A DNA stretch of 64,000 nucleotides from Paecilomyces variotii (Eukaryota): the NCBI GenBank assembly GCA_004022145.1, contig RCNU01000002.1; one strand, 5' to 3'. Under the pieces are notes generated by a model that searched no databases, was not told the DNA's origin, and saw only the letters and a program-made list of their open reading frames with translations. Made by a program: the position numbers and the translations under genes. How positions within the stretch are numbered: position 1 is the first letter of the stretch; each line of letters begins with the position of its first letter. Below are positions 37,173 through 50,200 of the stretch, piece after piece.

Positions 37173-38633
37173 TCAAGTGTCCATGTCCTCGCCTTCACCA
37201 ATAGAGACTTTCTTCAGAGCCAAGTCTTGCTTCAGGCTGTGAATACGCTTTCCTACCTTGTTTCTAAGGATAGGGTTCTGGATTTTCTCCCACTTTTCGG
37301 TTTCCGCCTTGATGAGCGCTTCCAGCTCTGCAATCTCCTCCCGTTTGAGTTGAAGTTGTCTCTGTTGCTCTAATTGTTCTTCGTCAAGATCTTCATCGGG
37401 ACCTTCATCACCTTCGGCTTCGCTCTCAGACTCGTCTCCAGAAGTATCTGCAGGCGACGAAGGCTTCGTTGCAGATGGCGTTCCTGCATGATGAATGCCA
37501 TCCGCTCCTGGTTTTGCTGTGACAACCTCTTCGTCAGCTCCCGCGGCCAGCGCGGCTTCCATCTCGGCCGCAAGGTCATCTTCGAAGTCGGCTTCAGCGT
37601 GTGCGTATTCTTCTGCTTCCCCTTCCGCATCCTGCTCGTCGTCATAGTATTCGTCGTAGTAATCGCCACTCTGCACTCCGTTCTCCGCCCGGTTGAGAGA
37701 GGTAGTGTCAAGCAACTCAAATCTAGGTGGTCCGAGAGAAGCCTCGTCTTTGGCGATCAGATCAGCTACCTCTTTCTCAACCTGTTCGATAGTACGCGTG
37801 CTAATACGTTCACGGAAGCGACGTTTTCGCACCCATTTTAATGGAGGAGTCAGACCATGAGGATACTGATATGTCCTCTCATCTACCACACCCACATCCT
37901 TTGGCAACGGGTACTCCAGGGCCTCTTTTTCGTTGCTTACGGGCCCAAGGACCAGTAACATCTGACAGATATCCGCAGATTTGTACCACCCACGCTTGTC
38001 CCAGCTTTTCATTCCTTCGATGATACACGGTAGATCCACAAGCGTAGCAGCGTACTGCTTGTCGCGGATTCGGAGAATTGCACGCCGCCCTTCGCGGGTC
38101 AGAGGTTTGAAAGAAAACTCAGCCCGATCAAAGCGTCTCTCGTTGATTGCTTGACGTAGATATTCACAGTCCTCTCCAGGTAACATCCGTAGTATAAACT
38201 GCTCCTCTAAAGTAGGGTCGATTTCTGTGTCGGAAGCTTCCGAATCGTAGCCAACTCCGGGCGGCCGGTTCGGTACCAAGCCCTTATTTTTGATTCTGAT
38301 AGACTGTACACCGGGTCTCTTCGATGGAATAAGCTTGATTCGTTTGGGACCGGGCTTCTCAGCGTCGCCAGCACCGCCAGCATCTTCTTCGTCCTCGTGC
38401 TGTTCGCGTCGCTTCTTGGAAGCTGCGCCCTCCGCCTTGACAGTTTTCTTCTTCTTCGACTTTTCTTCAGTTTCATCGCCCGTAGGTTTGCGACCGATCT
38501 TCAGTTTGAGCTTTGGCTGAGGTGGTTCAGAGGAAGGTTCCCCTTGGGGTGTCGATTCATTCTCCGCGGCCGGTTTAGGTGCCTTCTTCTTGCCCATGGT
38601 GAGCTTGAGCGACGGACGCGGTGCTTCAGACAT
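37173..38633 (-). CDS. TAF7: TFIID subunit TAF7 (TAFII55 N-terminal domain)
   Basis: EEQFILRM, YAATLVDLPCIIEGMKSWD, KSADICQMLLV, YPHGLTPP...VRKRRFR; acidic region and C-terminal coiled coil. Confidence 0.93.
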   Translation of the reverse strand: MSEAPRPSLKLTMGKKKAPKPAAENESTPQGEPSSEPPQPKLKLKIGRKPTGDETEEKSKKKKTVKAEGAASKKRREQHEDEEDAGGAGDAEKPGPKRIKLIPSKRPGVQSIRIKNKGLVPNRPPGVGYDSEASDTEIDPTLEEQFILRMLPGEDCEYLRQAINERRFDRAEFSFKPLTREGRRAILRIRDKQYAATLVDLPCIIEGMKSWDKRGWYKSADICQMLLVLGPVSNEKEALEYPLPKDVGVVDERTYQYPHGLTPPLKWVRKRRFRERISTRTIEQVEKEVADLIAKDEASLGPPRFELLDTTSLNRAENGVQSGDYYDEYYDDEQDAEGEAEEYAHAEADFEDDLAAEMEAALAAGADEEVVTAKPGADGIHHAGTPSATKPSSPADTSGDESESEAEGDEGPDEDLDEEQLEQQRQLQLKREEIAELEALIKAETEKWEKIQNPILRNKVGKRIHSLKQDLALKKVSIGEGEDMDT

Positions 38634-38938
38634 GATGGGCAGACCAAGGCGCCCTGAGTGCAGCCTGTATAGAGGAGAGAAGTAAAATCTGATCTCAGTG
38701 TTGGCGTGGTCGCAAAGTCAAGGATCGACCAGCCACGGAGGTTGATGAATAGAAGTGAATGAATGGGCGGCTCAAGAATAGGCATGACGTGCGGCAAAGA
38801 ACCGCCCGCGCGTTTCTTCTTCACACCAGCACCACCATGACCTCGCACCTGCTCCGCTCAGCTCTCTCAAGTCCTGTCGCAAACTGATATACGGCTTGAA
38901 TCTAATTGCTCTTCTTCTCCAGTTCTCTATTTGCCACC

Positions 38939-39583
38939 ATGTCCGCGCCGAATCTCTACAATGCCCTTTTGCGACCGCCAATAATCCAGATCCTGCGAGC
39001 TACCGGCTTCCACTCAACGCGACCTTCAGTCTTGGACACCCTGGTCGATATAGCTGCGCGATACATACTTCTTCTCGCCTCCTCAGCCGCTGAGCATGCC
39101 ATAAACAGTCACCCAGACGAGCCAGTACCAGATCTAGAGGATATTCGCCTCGCGCTACAAGATGCTGGAGCATTGCGACCGCAGTTAAGAGAGATGGAGG
39201 AGCTGTGGCAGGGCGAGGAAGATCTTAGGGGAATAGAAGCCTTCCTGAGCTGGTTTACTGGCCCTGCAAATCGCGAGATTAGGCGTATTGCAGGATTTGT
39301 TCCTAGCCAGGGCGATGTGATCGAAGCGGAGTCGCTCGAAAAGGAGGACTACCTCACGTCCCTCAAAAAGAAACATAGCAAGACAGGCGAAGAGTCGCGA
39401 TATGCCGGCACCGTCCTGGGAAAGAGTGCAGAGGAACATCCGGTCGTTATCGAGGGTGGCTATCCCAGTATTCGCGACTGGGGATTGCAGATCAAATACC
39501 GAGAAGGTTCCTCGGAAAGCGCCTCATCCACGGTGAGCAGCGTACCGACTGATCTGTCAGAGATGGAAGAAATGGACGTATGA
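38939..39583 (+). CDS. Bromodomain-associated histone-fold protein, TAF3-like TFIID subunit
   Basis: LLRPPIIQILRATGFHSTRPSVLDTLVDIAARYILLLA histone fold; W..GPANREIRR; DYLTSLKKK. Confidence 0.8.
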   Translation: MSAPNLYNALLRPPIIQILRATGFHSTRPSVLDTLVDIAARYILLLASSAAEHAINSHPDEPVPDLEDIRLALQDAGALRPQLREMEELWQGEEDLRGIEAFLSWFTGPANREIRRIAGFVPSQGDVIEAESLEKEDYLTSLKKKHSKTGEESRYAGTVLGKSAEEHPVVIEGGYPSIRDWGLQIKYREGSSESASSTVSSVPTDLSEMEEMDV

Positions 39584-41832
39584 GGAGAGCAGTCAAAGCG
39601 CGACTATCTACTCGAACCCTTTGCACATGCCTGTCAGAGTCTGTTATTATTCTCTTGGCAACTCAAAATATTGGCTTTCCGAGCGACAAATCCCCATCTC
39701 ATGGAACTGGAGCATGCTCTCCGGTCTCGAGGTTGGACGGCATGCGGAGGGGATTTGCATTCGACAAACACGTATCTCTACTCGAGAGTGACCGTATCAT
39801 TACAAGTGGTTCCATTAATCAGATGTCCGGAGCGGCTAAAAGCAGCCACGAAGGCTGAGAGATCAGGCAGTCCCATTGAAAGAAACAGGACAAGACGCCG
39901 GACTGGAAAGCATCCAGTTTTGGCATACTATAGGGCAAAATGGAGCTCTTCTGGGAAATTGTGACCTTGCATCGCCTCCAATAACGTGGATGAAGTTCAA
40001 TCGGAACTGAGCCTAATACGTACCATCGCAACACAACCTCAGTACTTATCCCCGAAGATCAGCTCGACAAAACTCACGAGCCAACACGAGTTGATACGAA
40101 TACCCCTGTCATTTATCCTCTGCCTTTCGCCCAGATGACAGTGATTAGGACAGCGATGTCGTCCTAGGTGGATTTAGATTCTAGTCAGACTAGTCTACTG
40201 GGAACAACGGAAACAAATTTTTTTACAGCGAATCAATGTGCTCTTTTCATGCCCCTAGGATTACGGTCTATATACGCTCCGCAGAGCTGTCTCGGAATTC
40301 CTAAAAAGTTTTGAACACTGGATCATAAGGATACTTCCATACAAGTTGTCAATTAAACCCCTTCCCCTTTTCTTTTATACAAGAGGCACCGTATCAAATC
40401 AATTAAAACGGTTTTATCGAGACAACACCTACACGATGTGACAACCTGAATACTCTATGCCCTATCTTCTCAGCTTTATTCTCTGCGGATGGCCAAGACA
40501 GTGTGTAGTCGACGGATTCTGAAGGTGAGGTTAATCTACTTATGTTCCAAGCCCTGATACTGTTCCCCAGCCACAGTCTAAACAGCGGCTCAACCTGCTG
40601 CACATCTCCTTTGATGAAACCACCGTACGAATCATTTGCTGCCTGCCAGTAGGATTGCATAGCCGTTGTTTCGGGTACCTAGTTTGGAGCTACAGATGGG
40701 CTCGCAGTATGGCAGTCCCCTTTTCCGCATCCACATTCACTATTTTGTCCCGGGAATGAATACCTGTAGGTTGATGGATGTCAATTCCTCCTCCTAGGTG
40801 AAGTGGTTACATCGGAATTCCCCTCCGGGGACCCCTCAAATTTGTGTGAATACAGCAAGGATGGGCAGGTACAAGAAGTCCTCCGGGCTTGAAGAATCTT
40901 TCTTCTCTTTTCATTCTGCCAGACATCCTCGCGTGCCCTCGAGAGGGCCCCCGGTTCGTCCTGTTTATAGTATAGTAATGTGAGCTTTATATCTTTGTCT
41001 AGAAAAGCTCCTCCGGATGTGTCTTTTCTTATTTTGTACCTTGGGACGTGTTATATTCGAGCTCAAAATCCCCAGCAACTATAATATATATATACTTGCA
41101 ACCGCTGTGAAAGCCACATCTATATCCGCCGCTCTCGTTAGCCCCGCTGCTCCCAGTGAGCTTTCGAAATTACCATTTTTTAATTTGTGTGAAGAAGATA
41201 GTGAGTGAATAGAATTATTATTATTCTATGTATATTTCGCATCTTTAATAAATTACTTTATTCGTTTTTTACTTGCATAATGCATCGATCGCGTGATATT
41301 ATTCTACAGGTACTGAAACATCCAGTCCTAATTCATGATCACGTATGAGAGAAGTTTTTTTTTCCCTGAAATGCCAGTCCCCACCACAGAAGCAAGACCT
41401 GCGCTCCGAAGCGGCTCTTTTCGTGGCGTGACCATGCTGTTCAGAGGGGAAGCCTAGTGCCGTCTAAACCTAGGACTCCAGCACATCGCAAAACAGCAGC
41501 GATGTCTTTCTGCGGGTTACAAGGGATGCCCCTAAACTATACACCCACCAGTTCATCGATAAGCATTGACATAGGTTCGTGATGGCATAGAATGGAAGAA
41601 ATATGGGGCTACTTTGTGCCATAAACCAAAAGGGCCTCCGGGGTATACACCTATCCTTCGCGAACATATTGTTATTTGAGACGAAACCGGTGTCCAAGGA
41701 TGTCGGGTACAGAATTACATTGGCTATATTACATCCGCGGACCCCGGTATTCACCTAAACACTTTGTTCAAGGTGCCATTGGCACAGCAGAGACATGTCT
41801 GTTCGACGGAATACAGAGCCAGATCGAAGCTC

Positions 41833-42072
41833 ACCCGTCGGTCTGAGTCGGCGGTCAACACGTCTTTGGTCTCCTTTCTATAAGCTCTCGCAATGGTAAC
41901 TGGGCCGCTTGGCAGTGAGTGGAACGCCGATAGAATTCCACTGCGAGCGGACTTTGGGGGCTAGGTAGGCAGCTTTATGGCAGTTACAGATGGCCAGCTC
42001 CAAGATGTAACGAGCAAACGGATTCCGGCACTCGTAGAGTGCAAGCGCGGGGAAAGAGACGAGCACAATCCT
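41833..42072 (+). pseudogene. Fragment of PD-(D/E)XK nuclease-like fungal orphan family (fragment A)
   Basis: SESAVNTSLVSFL*ALA...EWNADRIPLRADFGG*VGSFMAVTDGQLQD...IPALVECKR; stops TAA 41881 and TAG 41962. Confidence 0.6.
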
Positions 42073-42594
42073 CGAGGGCGAATAAACTAGATTTGGTGAC
42101 TACAAAGCCAGCAAAAGGACACAGGGACATAATGATAATGTCCCTGACGTTGTTTGCTTGTCCCCAGTCACCAATGAGCTACTTATTGTTGGGGAGATCA
42201 AAGTCCCTTGGATTACAGCCCATGATCTGGAAAGAGCAATGGTATCTGGGAGCAAGTTTCGCCGTATACTAGGTAAGCAATAAGCATAAATACTTATGAC
42301 TGGCTATTCGGTTAATGCTGACTTAATTTCGCAGGTCAAATCGCCAACTACATGTACAATGCGAGGATAAAATATGGATTTTTATCCAATTACGAGCAAA
42401 CGATCTTTCTGAAACAGGAACAGACTCCGTCTGGATGGGAACTGCACTACAGTGATATCATTTACCATTCAACCCAATCAGACGCGACTAGACCTTCGCT
42501 GCGTGCATGCTTCTGGTCCATAGCACGCCTTGCATTGATAGACCATGTTGCTAACAATAACACTCCCATGGCTCAATGGGCGAAAAAGCCATAA
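42071..42594 (+). pseudogene. 5'-truncated fragment of a second PD-(D/E)XK-like fungal family (fragment B)
   Basis: GE*TRFGDYK...VPDVV...IVGEIKVPW...RRILG/QIANYMYNARIKYGFLSNYEQTIFLK; intron 42273-42334. Confidence 0.65.
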
Positions 42595-43766
42595 GAGAAA
42601 GAAGCTGGACTCGTTCTTGATGTATTTAGTTGACACCAATCGGTCTATTAGACAATATTGCAGTCTAATATTTCTATTCTTCTTAGTTAGAACAATTATA
42701 GAATCATGTGTCATGTGATGTTGGAACTGGGATAGGCCAATACGCAGTACAAGTATACGAGACCAGAGTTGATATATCACGGCCGGCGTAAGTATATATA
42801 TACACTATATATAACTATATCTTGCATTATAATTATACTAACTAAAAATAGCAGGTGATTATAGAGATCTTGAGTCCTTTTAAACTACCATTAAGAATAA
42901 CATTGGGATTAATAGAGAATGATACGCCGCCGCGAGTCAGTCCAGGAATATAACTAGCACACTTGTTGGTTCTGCAGTAACTACAAGGGGCCATATGCAC
43001 GCCCTATGCCCGCTTGAAAATTGAAAGCAGGGTATATATTGTGGGCAATGTGAGTATATGCGTCATGTATACCATATATTATAATAATTATGCTAACTAA
43101 GAACAAAAGGTAGTTATATGGCTATAGAGGTCTTGGATCGTCTTGGACACTCTCAACCAGACTTGAGGATGATGCTCGACTTAATCAATAGGATACAGCT
43201 GGACGACCGGGGTACTTATCCCGCGGACCATCGTCTTTGGTACTTAGTTAGAAGTCGGACGTTCTTGCGGACCCTTTAGTCTGTGGTTTCTCGGCGTGTT
43301 TAGCTGTGATCTGACGATCAGTTCTCTACGTTATATCACCCCCAGACAGATGGGCAATCAGAACGAACGAATCAAACCACCGGTACTATGTACATTGGAG
43401 CGCTGACGAACCCGCGACATGGCCAGATATACTACCGCAGCTCCAGGAGGGTCTGAATCCGGTGCTGAATTAATGCTTCTACGATGTTTTCACCGCATAA
43501 GTTGTCTTTGGTATTGAGATAAATACGGAGTACCCCGACTTCGTTACAGATGCGCCTCAGCGCAGTCAAGATTTACGTGCCGCATTGATACGCTGGAAAC
43601 GGTGGTGATACTTGCAGTCATGTATATATAAAATCGACGCTACGATCGCCTTCATTTTACAATCCCCCAAATGATCAAGTCCTTCTTCATCTGCACCGCG
43701 AGTATAACCTGTCATCAGCAGCGACATTGGGATCACATATCATAGCATAGAATAGATCGTGGAAAG

Positions 43767-43787
43767 AATATATATATATATATATAC
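43767..43787. repeat. (TA)n microsatellite
   Basis: atatatatatatatatata run. Confidence 0.85.
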
Positions 43788-44153
43788 ATGCAGAGAATAA
43801 TGAATAAAAAGGAAGCCAGGTCCTTTCTCATGCATATTATAGAAGAGAAATAGCATCTAGTTAGTCACATACACCAGATAAAATAAAAGAAGAAGAAAAA
43901 AAGATGGCCCTTCTAGATAGGTAAGAAAACAGACATGGGCACATGATTCTAACATCGACCATCCGAAAAAGAAAATAGATCTAGTTCAACGCCAGATGCG
44001 GATGAGCAGAACAGTATAAGTAACTCATGCAAAGAAAGTTGGAGATCGATGGGTGGATGCGCGTATCCCAGAAAGCCTGGAGATAAGAAGAAGAAGAAGA
44101 TATATAAATTATAATTTCCAGAAAGGCATGACAGACGTTCTCATACATCAGAA

Positions 44154-45642
44154 TCATTGCGTAGCTGATTTTTCGGTTTTTCCAAAGAGATTTTTGAAAA
44201 AGGAGCTGACTCCGTCTTTGAACCGTTCCCATCGAGTTCGGTTCAGGTGGTTGCTGAGTTCGCGGTAGTTGTACATCTCTACCCAGCAGTCGCGCCCCCA
44301 CTCGCATCCAGCCATGTTGACGACAAAGTCACGATCCTTCTCGTGGTAGTGTATCCCGGGGTGAGGTTCATCACCGCAAGCTCCGGGAGGGAACGAATTG
44401 ATCCGGCGCTGAGGTACAAACGAGACATGTGGTCGCACCCATGGTTGGTTGGCGTACAAATATTCCAGGCTGTCCTGCTCCTTATGTTCCCATTCCATGT
44501 GCTTCTGCTCATACATCACTGGGTCCCACCAGATGTCCAACAGGCGGTCCGTCCATGAAGAGCGCCGTACCAAAAAGGAACCCAAGTTGAACCCGGCACA
44601 GTCTTGTGGCACGAGCAGATTGATCGAGGAAGGGTCACCGTCGCCATTCACGGAGCGCGAAAGAGGGTCGAGGTAAGGTGCGGTGAGCGGATGCGTGATG
44701 TTCAGAGGATTGTAAACATTGATGTCCCGGTAAGTGTGAGTGTCAAGGTGGTTGAGCAGATGGTCTTCGAGAGAGTACGAGTATTCCATGATATAGGTAT
44801 TGAGATCGAGCCACCAAAACCTACTCCTATCAGTACCATATACCCACGAGGAGATAAAAATTGACCTACCATTCCGCTTGAGGGTATTTTCGCATGGAAT
44901 CCCGGATAACATCCACCTTCTCCCAGCTCTCACGCCATTCATGCGCATATCTTTTCTTCGTCATCATATTCACGATCTCGAGATTATAACCCCATCGCTT
45001 CGCGTATCTCTTCTTGTTTGCGATGCTGTTGCGCTCAATGGCCCATTCACGCGCGCCTTTCCATTCCATCACACCTCCCTCGACATTCGACGCTAGTATA
45101 ATGACGACCTTCCTTCCTCCTCCAATGGACGATCTCCGATAGGCCTCGAATATAGCTGGGTTTGAAGTCAGATTGTCGTGTACCCCAGATGGGCAAATTA
45201 CACACTTACAGGTCCAGAACATTAGATAGCCTATAAAAATGAGAATCCCCACCAACAACAGTCGTATCCTCGTCCGGCGCAGAAGTGCACCTAAGAGCGC
45301 AATCACCCGTCCTGCCAAACTACTGTTATCCTGCCATCGTCCACGCCCCAGCTTCTCCTTTTCTCGGTAGTCCTTTGAATTCGAGTTCAATCGGAATCGG
45401 GGTAAACTCGCGGAGATCCTGCGCTTCTGACGCGAAAAAAAGCCATTGTTCCGCGTCGAAAAGGACGGATAGCCTTTCACTTCCTCGCTTTTGGCCTTTG
45501 CGGCCGCCCACGAGATTCCACTGGGCCCGGCCGCGCTGCTGGAATAGACGGTGCGCGGACTCGAGCTCCCGCTGTTGGGAGTCAATCCGGGACTCGACCA
45601 ACCTCCTCCGGGATGAGGAGAAGGCGATCGTGAGAGCGACAT
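44154..45642 (-). CDS. mnn10: Alpha-1,6-mannosyltransferase, GT34 family (Mnn10/Bed1)
   Basis: MSLSRSPSP..GGWSSPGL, TM segment, GGVMEWKGAREWAIER, WRESWEKVD, W/FWWLDLNT, QDCAGFNLGSF, WEHKEQD, FVVNMAGC; two introns. Confidence 0.92.
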
Positions 45643-47259
45643 GGGCGAGTAATCAGTCAGGGCAGGAGTTCCGGGGATCGCGGGCAGCGGAGCGCGGGTG
45701 AAGGCGCCCGCGGACAGGCCCGACGTGCTTCCCAGGCCCTCGCGTACCGGCGATGCTTGTTCGAGATTCAGTGAGGGTATGGTCACGGAAGACCGTCGCC
45801 GGTGATGTGAGGTCCTCGTGGGATCTGCGGACGTTGAGGAATCCAGCTTGAAGGAGAGGAAGACCGAGGACAGATAATAATAGTAGAAGTAGTCGGAGAG
45901 CTGGGGAATGCAATGACACCGCCGGGGGCTTGAGCCGAGACCAACCAAGACGGAGGAATGTAAAGTAAGGCCGTTTTCGAACCACAGATTGAGTTCTCGT
46001 GGGCGCTGTCAGGCCACAGCGTGTCGCAGTAGTCGTCCCACGATCGAGATTGCCGATGGGAGGAGAGTGAGACAGTCCGACGCGAATACGAGAATGCGGA
46101 TTGGTGTTTGTAGAAATCCACGGGGGAGGAGACGAGTAAGGGCGACACGATGGTGGAGATACAGTAAGGTGGCGCGAAAAAAAAAGGAGAGGAGGTGGAT
46201 GCTAGTTCATCAGAGTAATAATTGATCCTTTTTTGGCACGAAGGCTGAGGATAGAAGACGACAACAACAATCAGCGCACGCATACCCCCGAGTGCTGGAA
46301 GCGGGTGAATTTGATGATATCTTATTAGTATTATTGTATTATTATTATGGGGAACGGTCGTGCTGGTGGAGTTCGCGGCCAGGGACCAGCAACGCCCAAC
46401 CAGCAGCAGCTTCACAGCCCGCTAATTCTATTAATCGCGCTTAGTTCTGCTTCGTTGGCCTCACAGGGGAATCAACTATACTCCTTCGTTCTCTAGCAGT
46501 GCTTGGACGATACTACTATGGGGCCGCATTTGTTCGTGCGGTCCATAGTCACATTCACACTTTCTTCTGCTCGACTCCAAGGAGATGCGAGCAAGCACTC
46601 AGTCAGCAATTCCCCCCTCGTCTCCCCACTCGCATTCCCTATCTCCATCCCAGTTGTCCTAAAAATCCCAGATAAGCTTAAGCCAGCATGCCATCTTCAT
46701 CCCATTCCCAGCAATACCACTAGCGCTGATTATATTCTAGCCGTGCGTCTATCGCATTGGCGCATGCGGGCTCCAACGGTTACAGGGAAATAATCCTGGC
46801 TAACATGCAGCTGAAGTAGATATGGACACTGCAATGATAATGTCTCACACTTGCACATGCAGTCATTTAGTCATTTATCCATGTGTAGGGTGGCGCTATG
46901 CAATTTCAGATCTGATTTCCTTCTATGTACTTACAAAAATATGCATTCGTCCCACATGTGTATTTACGAGGCTAGGGGGTATGTCCCACACACACTACTA
47001 CCTGTTTTTGGTATCTGCTGTAGAGACACACATGCATAACATAAGAAACATTCAAAAATCACGCCTGGAGACCTCCGCTCATAATACAACCATTAATCCA
47101 AATCCTCCTCCAGGTCCCATAAAGAGTAGAGTAGCTTCATCCAGAACTCCTGAAAGATTCGCCTCGTCGATGATAGGAAATATTGTAAATCCAACCCAGT
47201 TTGCCGTATTGAGACGTCACTGTCATCCTCCATATTATCCTTTCTAGTGTCAGTGGGTA

Positions 47260-50200
47260 TCACTCTTTGGCTTTCTTCTTGTCTGTGTTCTGCCGAGGCA
47301 GTTGATTTGCTCCCCGGGGTGTCAACACCTTCCGGATGATGAAACCCTGCTCGTTTTCCGGCCGGGAACGTGCACTGTCTCCGTGGTAGAATTCGCACCG
47401 GAACTTGAGGTACCGATCATGGTGCTTGTAAACGGTAATGATGTCGCCTGTATACAGTTTACCAAAGTTGAAGCCTTCGTGGCCGCTATCGCTCTCGGGG
47501 CCTCGCCGCAATTCGACATCATTGACCCAGATACACTTGCGGGTCTTCGTCGACAGAACAGCCATCACATTGGGAACTGACATCCAGTCCTCTCCGGCCT
47601 GGATACGCTTCTCGATAGCAGGAGCCCAGAAGGTGATCTCTAGCGCATACGCTGGGATTCGTGTATCCATGGGATCCGGATAGCAGATGGTCGCCTGCGG
47701 GCCCCGACCCCATGAGGTCATCCGATCTTGCAGTCGGATGGTCAGGTCGAAGATAGAGCCCTCAACGCTGGTGAGTTTACCGAGCAGAGGACCAGGTTTG
47801 ACAAAATTTGTGGGGGATAGCGCACGCGAGCCGTAGGGGTCTTCCAAGCTTGAGCGTTCGGAACCCGTAGTGGTGGCGGGCAACTCAGAGAGAACCTCCT
47901 TGCCAGTTTTTGCGTCAATTGTGATAGCGAGTTCGTCATCCAACTCATCCTTAATGTGCCTGCCAGAATAAACACGCTGGTCCCTGGACTTCCCTCCTTT
48001 CGAATGCTCGCTGGATGTCTCAGGTAGCGGTAATACGATCCGGCGGCTGAACGGGACGGCCTTCGGTGTGGTTTCGTGCGCATTCTCTTCCTGCTTGTTG
48101 GACTCTGAAGCACCTACATTGACCGGTGTCAGTGCTCTGGTAACAGGACTGCGAGATCTGGCGGAGGCGAGGGCATTCGGTGTTGCGGAGCCCCTATCGA
48201 AGCCGACTTCTGACTCCACCTTGAGTTGTCCAACAAGGGCCTCAGTTCCCAAGAGACTAGCAGCAGAGCCACCAAACTTCGGCATGGGAAGAGACACTTC
48301 TGAAGCTAGGCTTTGGTGGTCGCTCCTCGACTCATCACTTGATGACATGAAGTCGACAATGCTGAAATCGTCGCCCTCGAGCTCGTTTAGATTGGAGAAT
48401 TCTGGGGCACCAGGGCTGCGTGCGACAGATCCTGTTATCTCACCGAATAGGCGACTCGTTGTTTGTTGAGCATGTAATTCGGATTCTTCGAAGCTCTCTA
48501 TGTGCGGGAGAGAGGGGTAATGGATTTGCACGGGTACTTCCTCATCCACACGTTGTCTCTTCGCATGTTGTTCTTCCGGAGTGTTGTGTTGCTCCTCCGC
48601 GTCACCCTTGTCATAGAGTGAGAGCTGGGACGCGTCTAGTTCTTCCTCAGCCTCCCCTATCACAGGCAACTCCTTGAAGTCATCCTCCAGGCCTTCATCG
48701 TCCGGGTATTCATCCACATCAGGGACATTCGCAATCCATGGATGCTTGAAGCATTCACTCTCCTTTGGCCGTAGCTGTGGATCACGGTTCAAGAGCTTCG
48801 CAACAAAGTCAACGCCTTCCTCTGAGATCCCTTCTCTGCGAAGCAAGTCCAAGTCGGCCTCAGTAGTCATGATTGTTCTCAACATCTGTGCACCTCTGTC
48901 ATCCGCACGCCCAATATAGGGAGGTGCTCCACAGAGGATGTGATAGAGCACTGCTCCAAGGGACCACATATCTACGGACTGGTCATATGGGGAGGTTTTT
49001 GGCGGACTAATGAGTCAGCGACTATTGTAAAATGCGGTCAAGGTTCACTTACGGATCGCCCACACGCCGTCTCTTTCGCACCTCGCCTCGTCGATAGGTT
49101 TCATATTCTGGATAGACCTCGGGAGCACAGTACAGTAGAGTCCCACAGAAGGTTTTCAAGAACGTTTCTTCCTGCGCAACCTTGGAGAGCCCAAAATCAG
49201 AGAGCTTTACCTTCAACGGATCCAAAGACGCAATGAGAATATTGTCAGGTTTGATATCACGGTGGGTGATCTTGCGTCTGTGGAGATATTGTAGCGCATG
49301 CAATATCTGCCGTGCAATACTCTTGACCATGTCTTCGGGGATTTTGCCATGCATCTGGAGATAAGTGGAGAGTTCTCCGCCAGCCACGTACTCCATGATG
49401 ATGTAGATCCAGCGGTCGTGCTCGTGGTGACCCTCATACTGAACGATATTAGGCTGGGAGAAGATTAGCATGAGTCAGCTACAGTGATCGAGTTCCTCAC
49501 ATGTCTCAGATCCTTCATGATCTTCATTTCGTTATCCACCTTCTGATCTAGGACTCCATTCTTCATGAAGCGCCGCTTGTCGAGTTCCTTTGCCGCATAC
49601 ACGATTCCGTGCTGCTTGGTCGCGAGTTTGTAGACAGTTGCAAATGCACCTTTACCTATCTGGCCAGTGACGTTGTACAAAGACCCTCCTGTCCAGTGCA
49701 TTCCATATGGGTTGCCAACAGTCCAGGATAAGGTGGGTTGCGTGGGCAAACCACGCATCTTGGGCCGCCTGAGATCTGTGCGGTGTTTTTGAGCCCGCTG
49801 AAGATATTTGATCAGGTTCTCCGTGTACTGCACGGTATGCCCATCGCGAGGTGGGATCCGGACGACGAATTTGACCTCATCGGCAGATTGAGTGCCCATG
49901 ACCACTTGGATTACCGACCCGCTGGTCAGCATCCGACTGCAGTCCTTCTGATTTTTCCGAAGCCGACAGCTATCCACCACCGTCCCGTTTGTCGAGGTAT
50001 CTTGAAGCATAATGATGCCATCATCGGTCAGATAGATGCGGAAGTGAACATTCGAGATCCGTTTGGCACTGTCATCTGCAGAGAGGACGATATCGCAACG
50101 GTTGGCGTTCCGACCGAAACAGAATCCCGAAGCCGGGTCTCGAACTGACGACGATAGCCTAAGTGCAATATCACGAGCCGCTATGTCCGAGGTTTCGTAT

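Noticed and set aside
41438-41449. ctgttcagaggg, identical to the start of repeat A1
   Set aside because: Only ~12 bp with no further similarity; could be chance.
45643-46415. Long ORFs upstream of mnn10
   Set aside because: Non-ATG starts and low-complexity 5' UTR/promoter sequence; conserved Mnn10 N-terminus starts at MSLSRSPSP.
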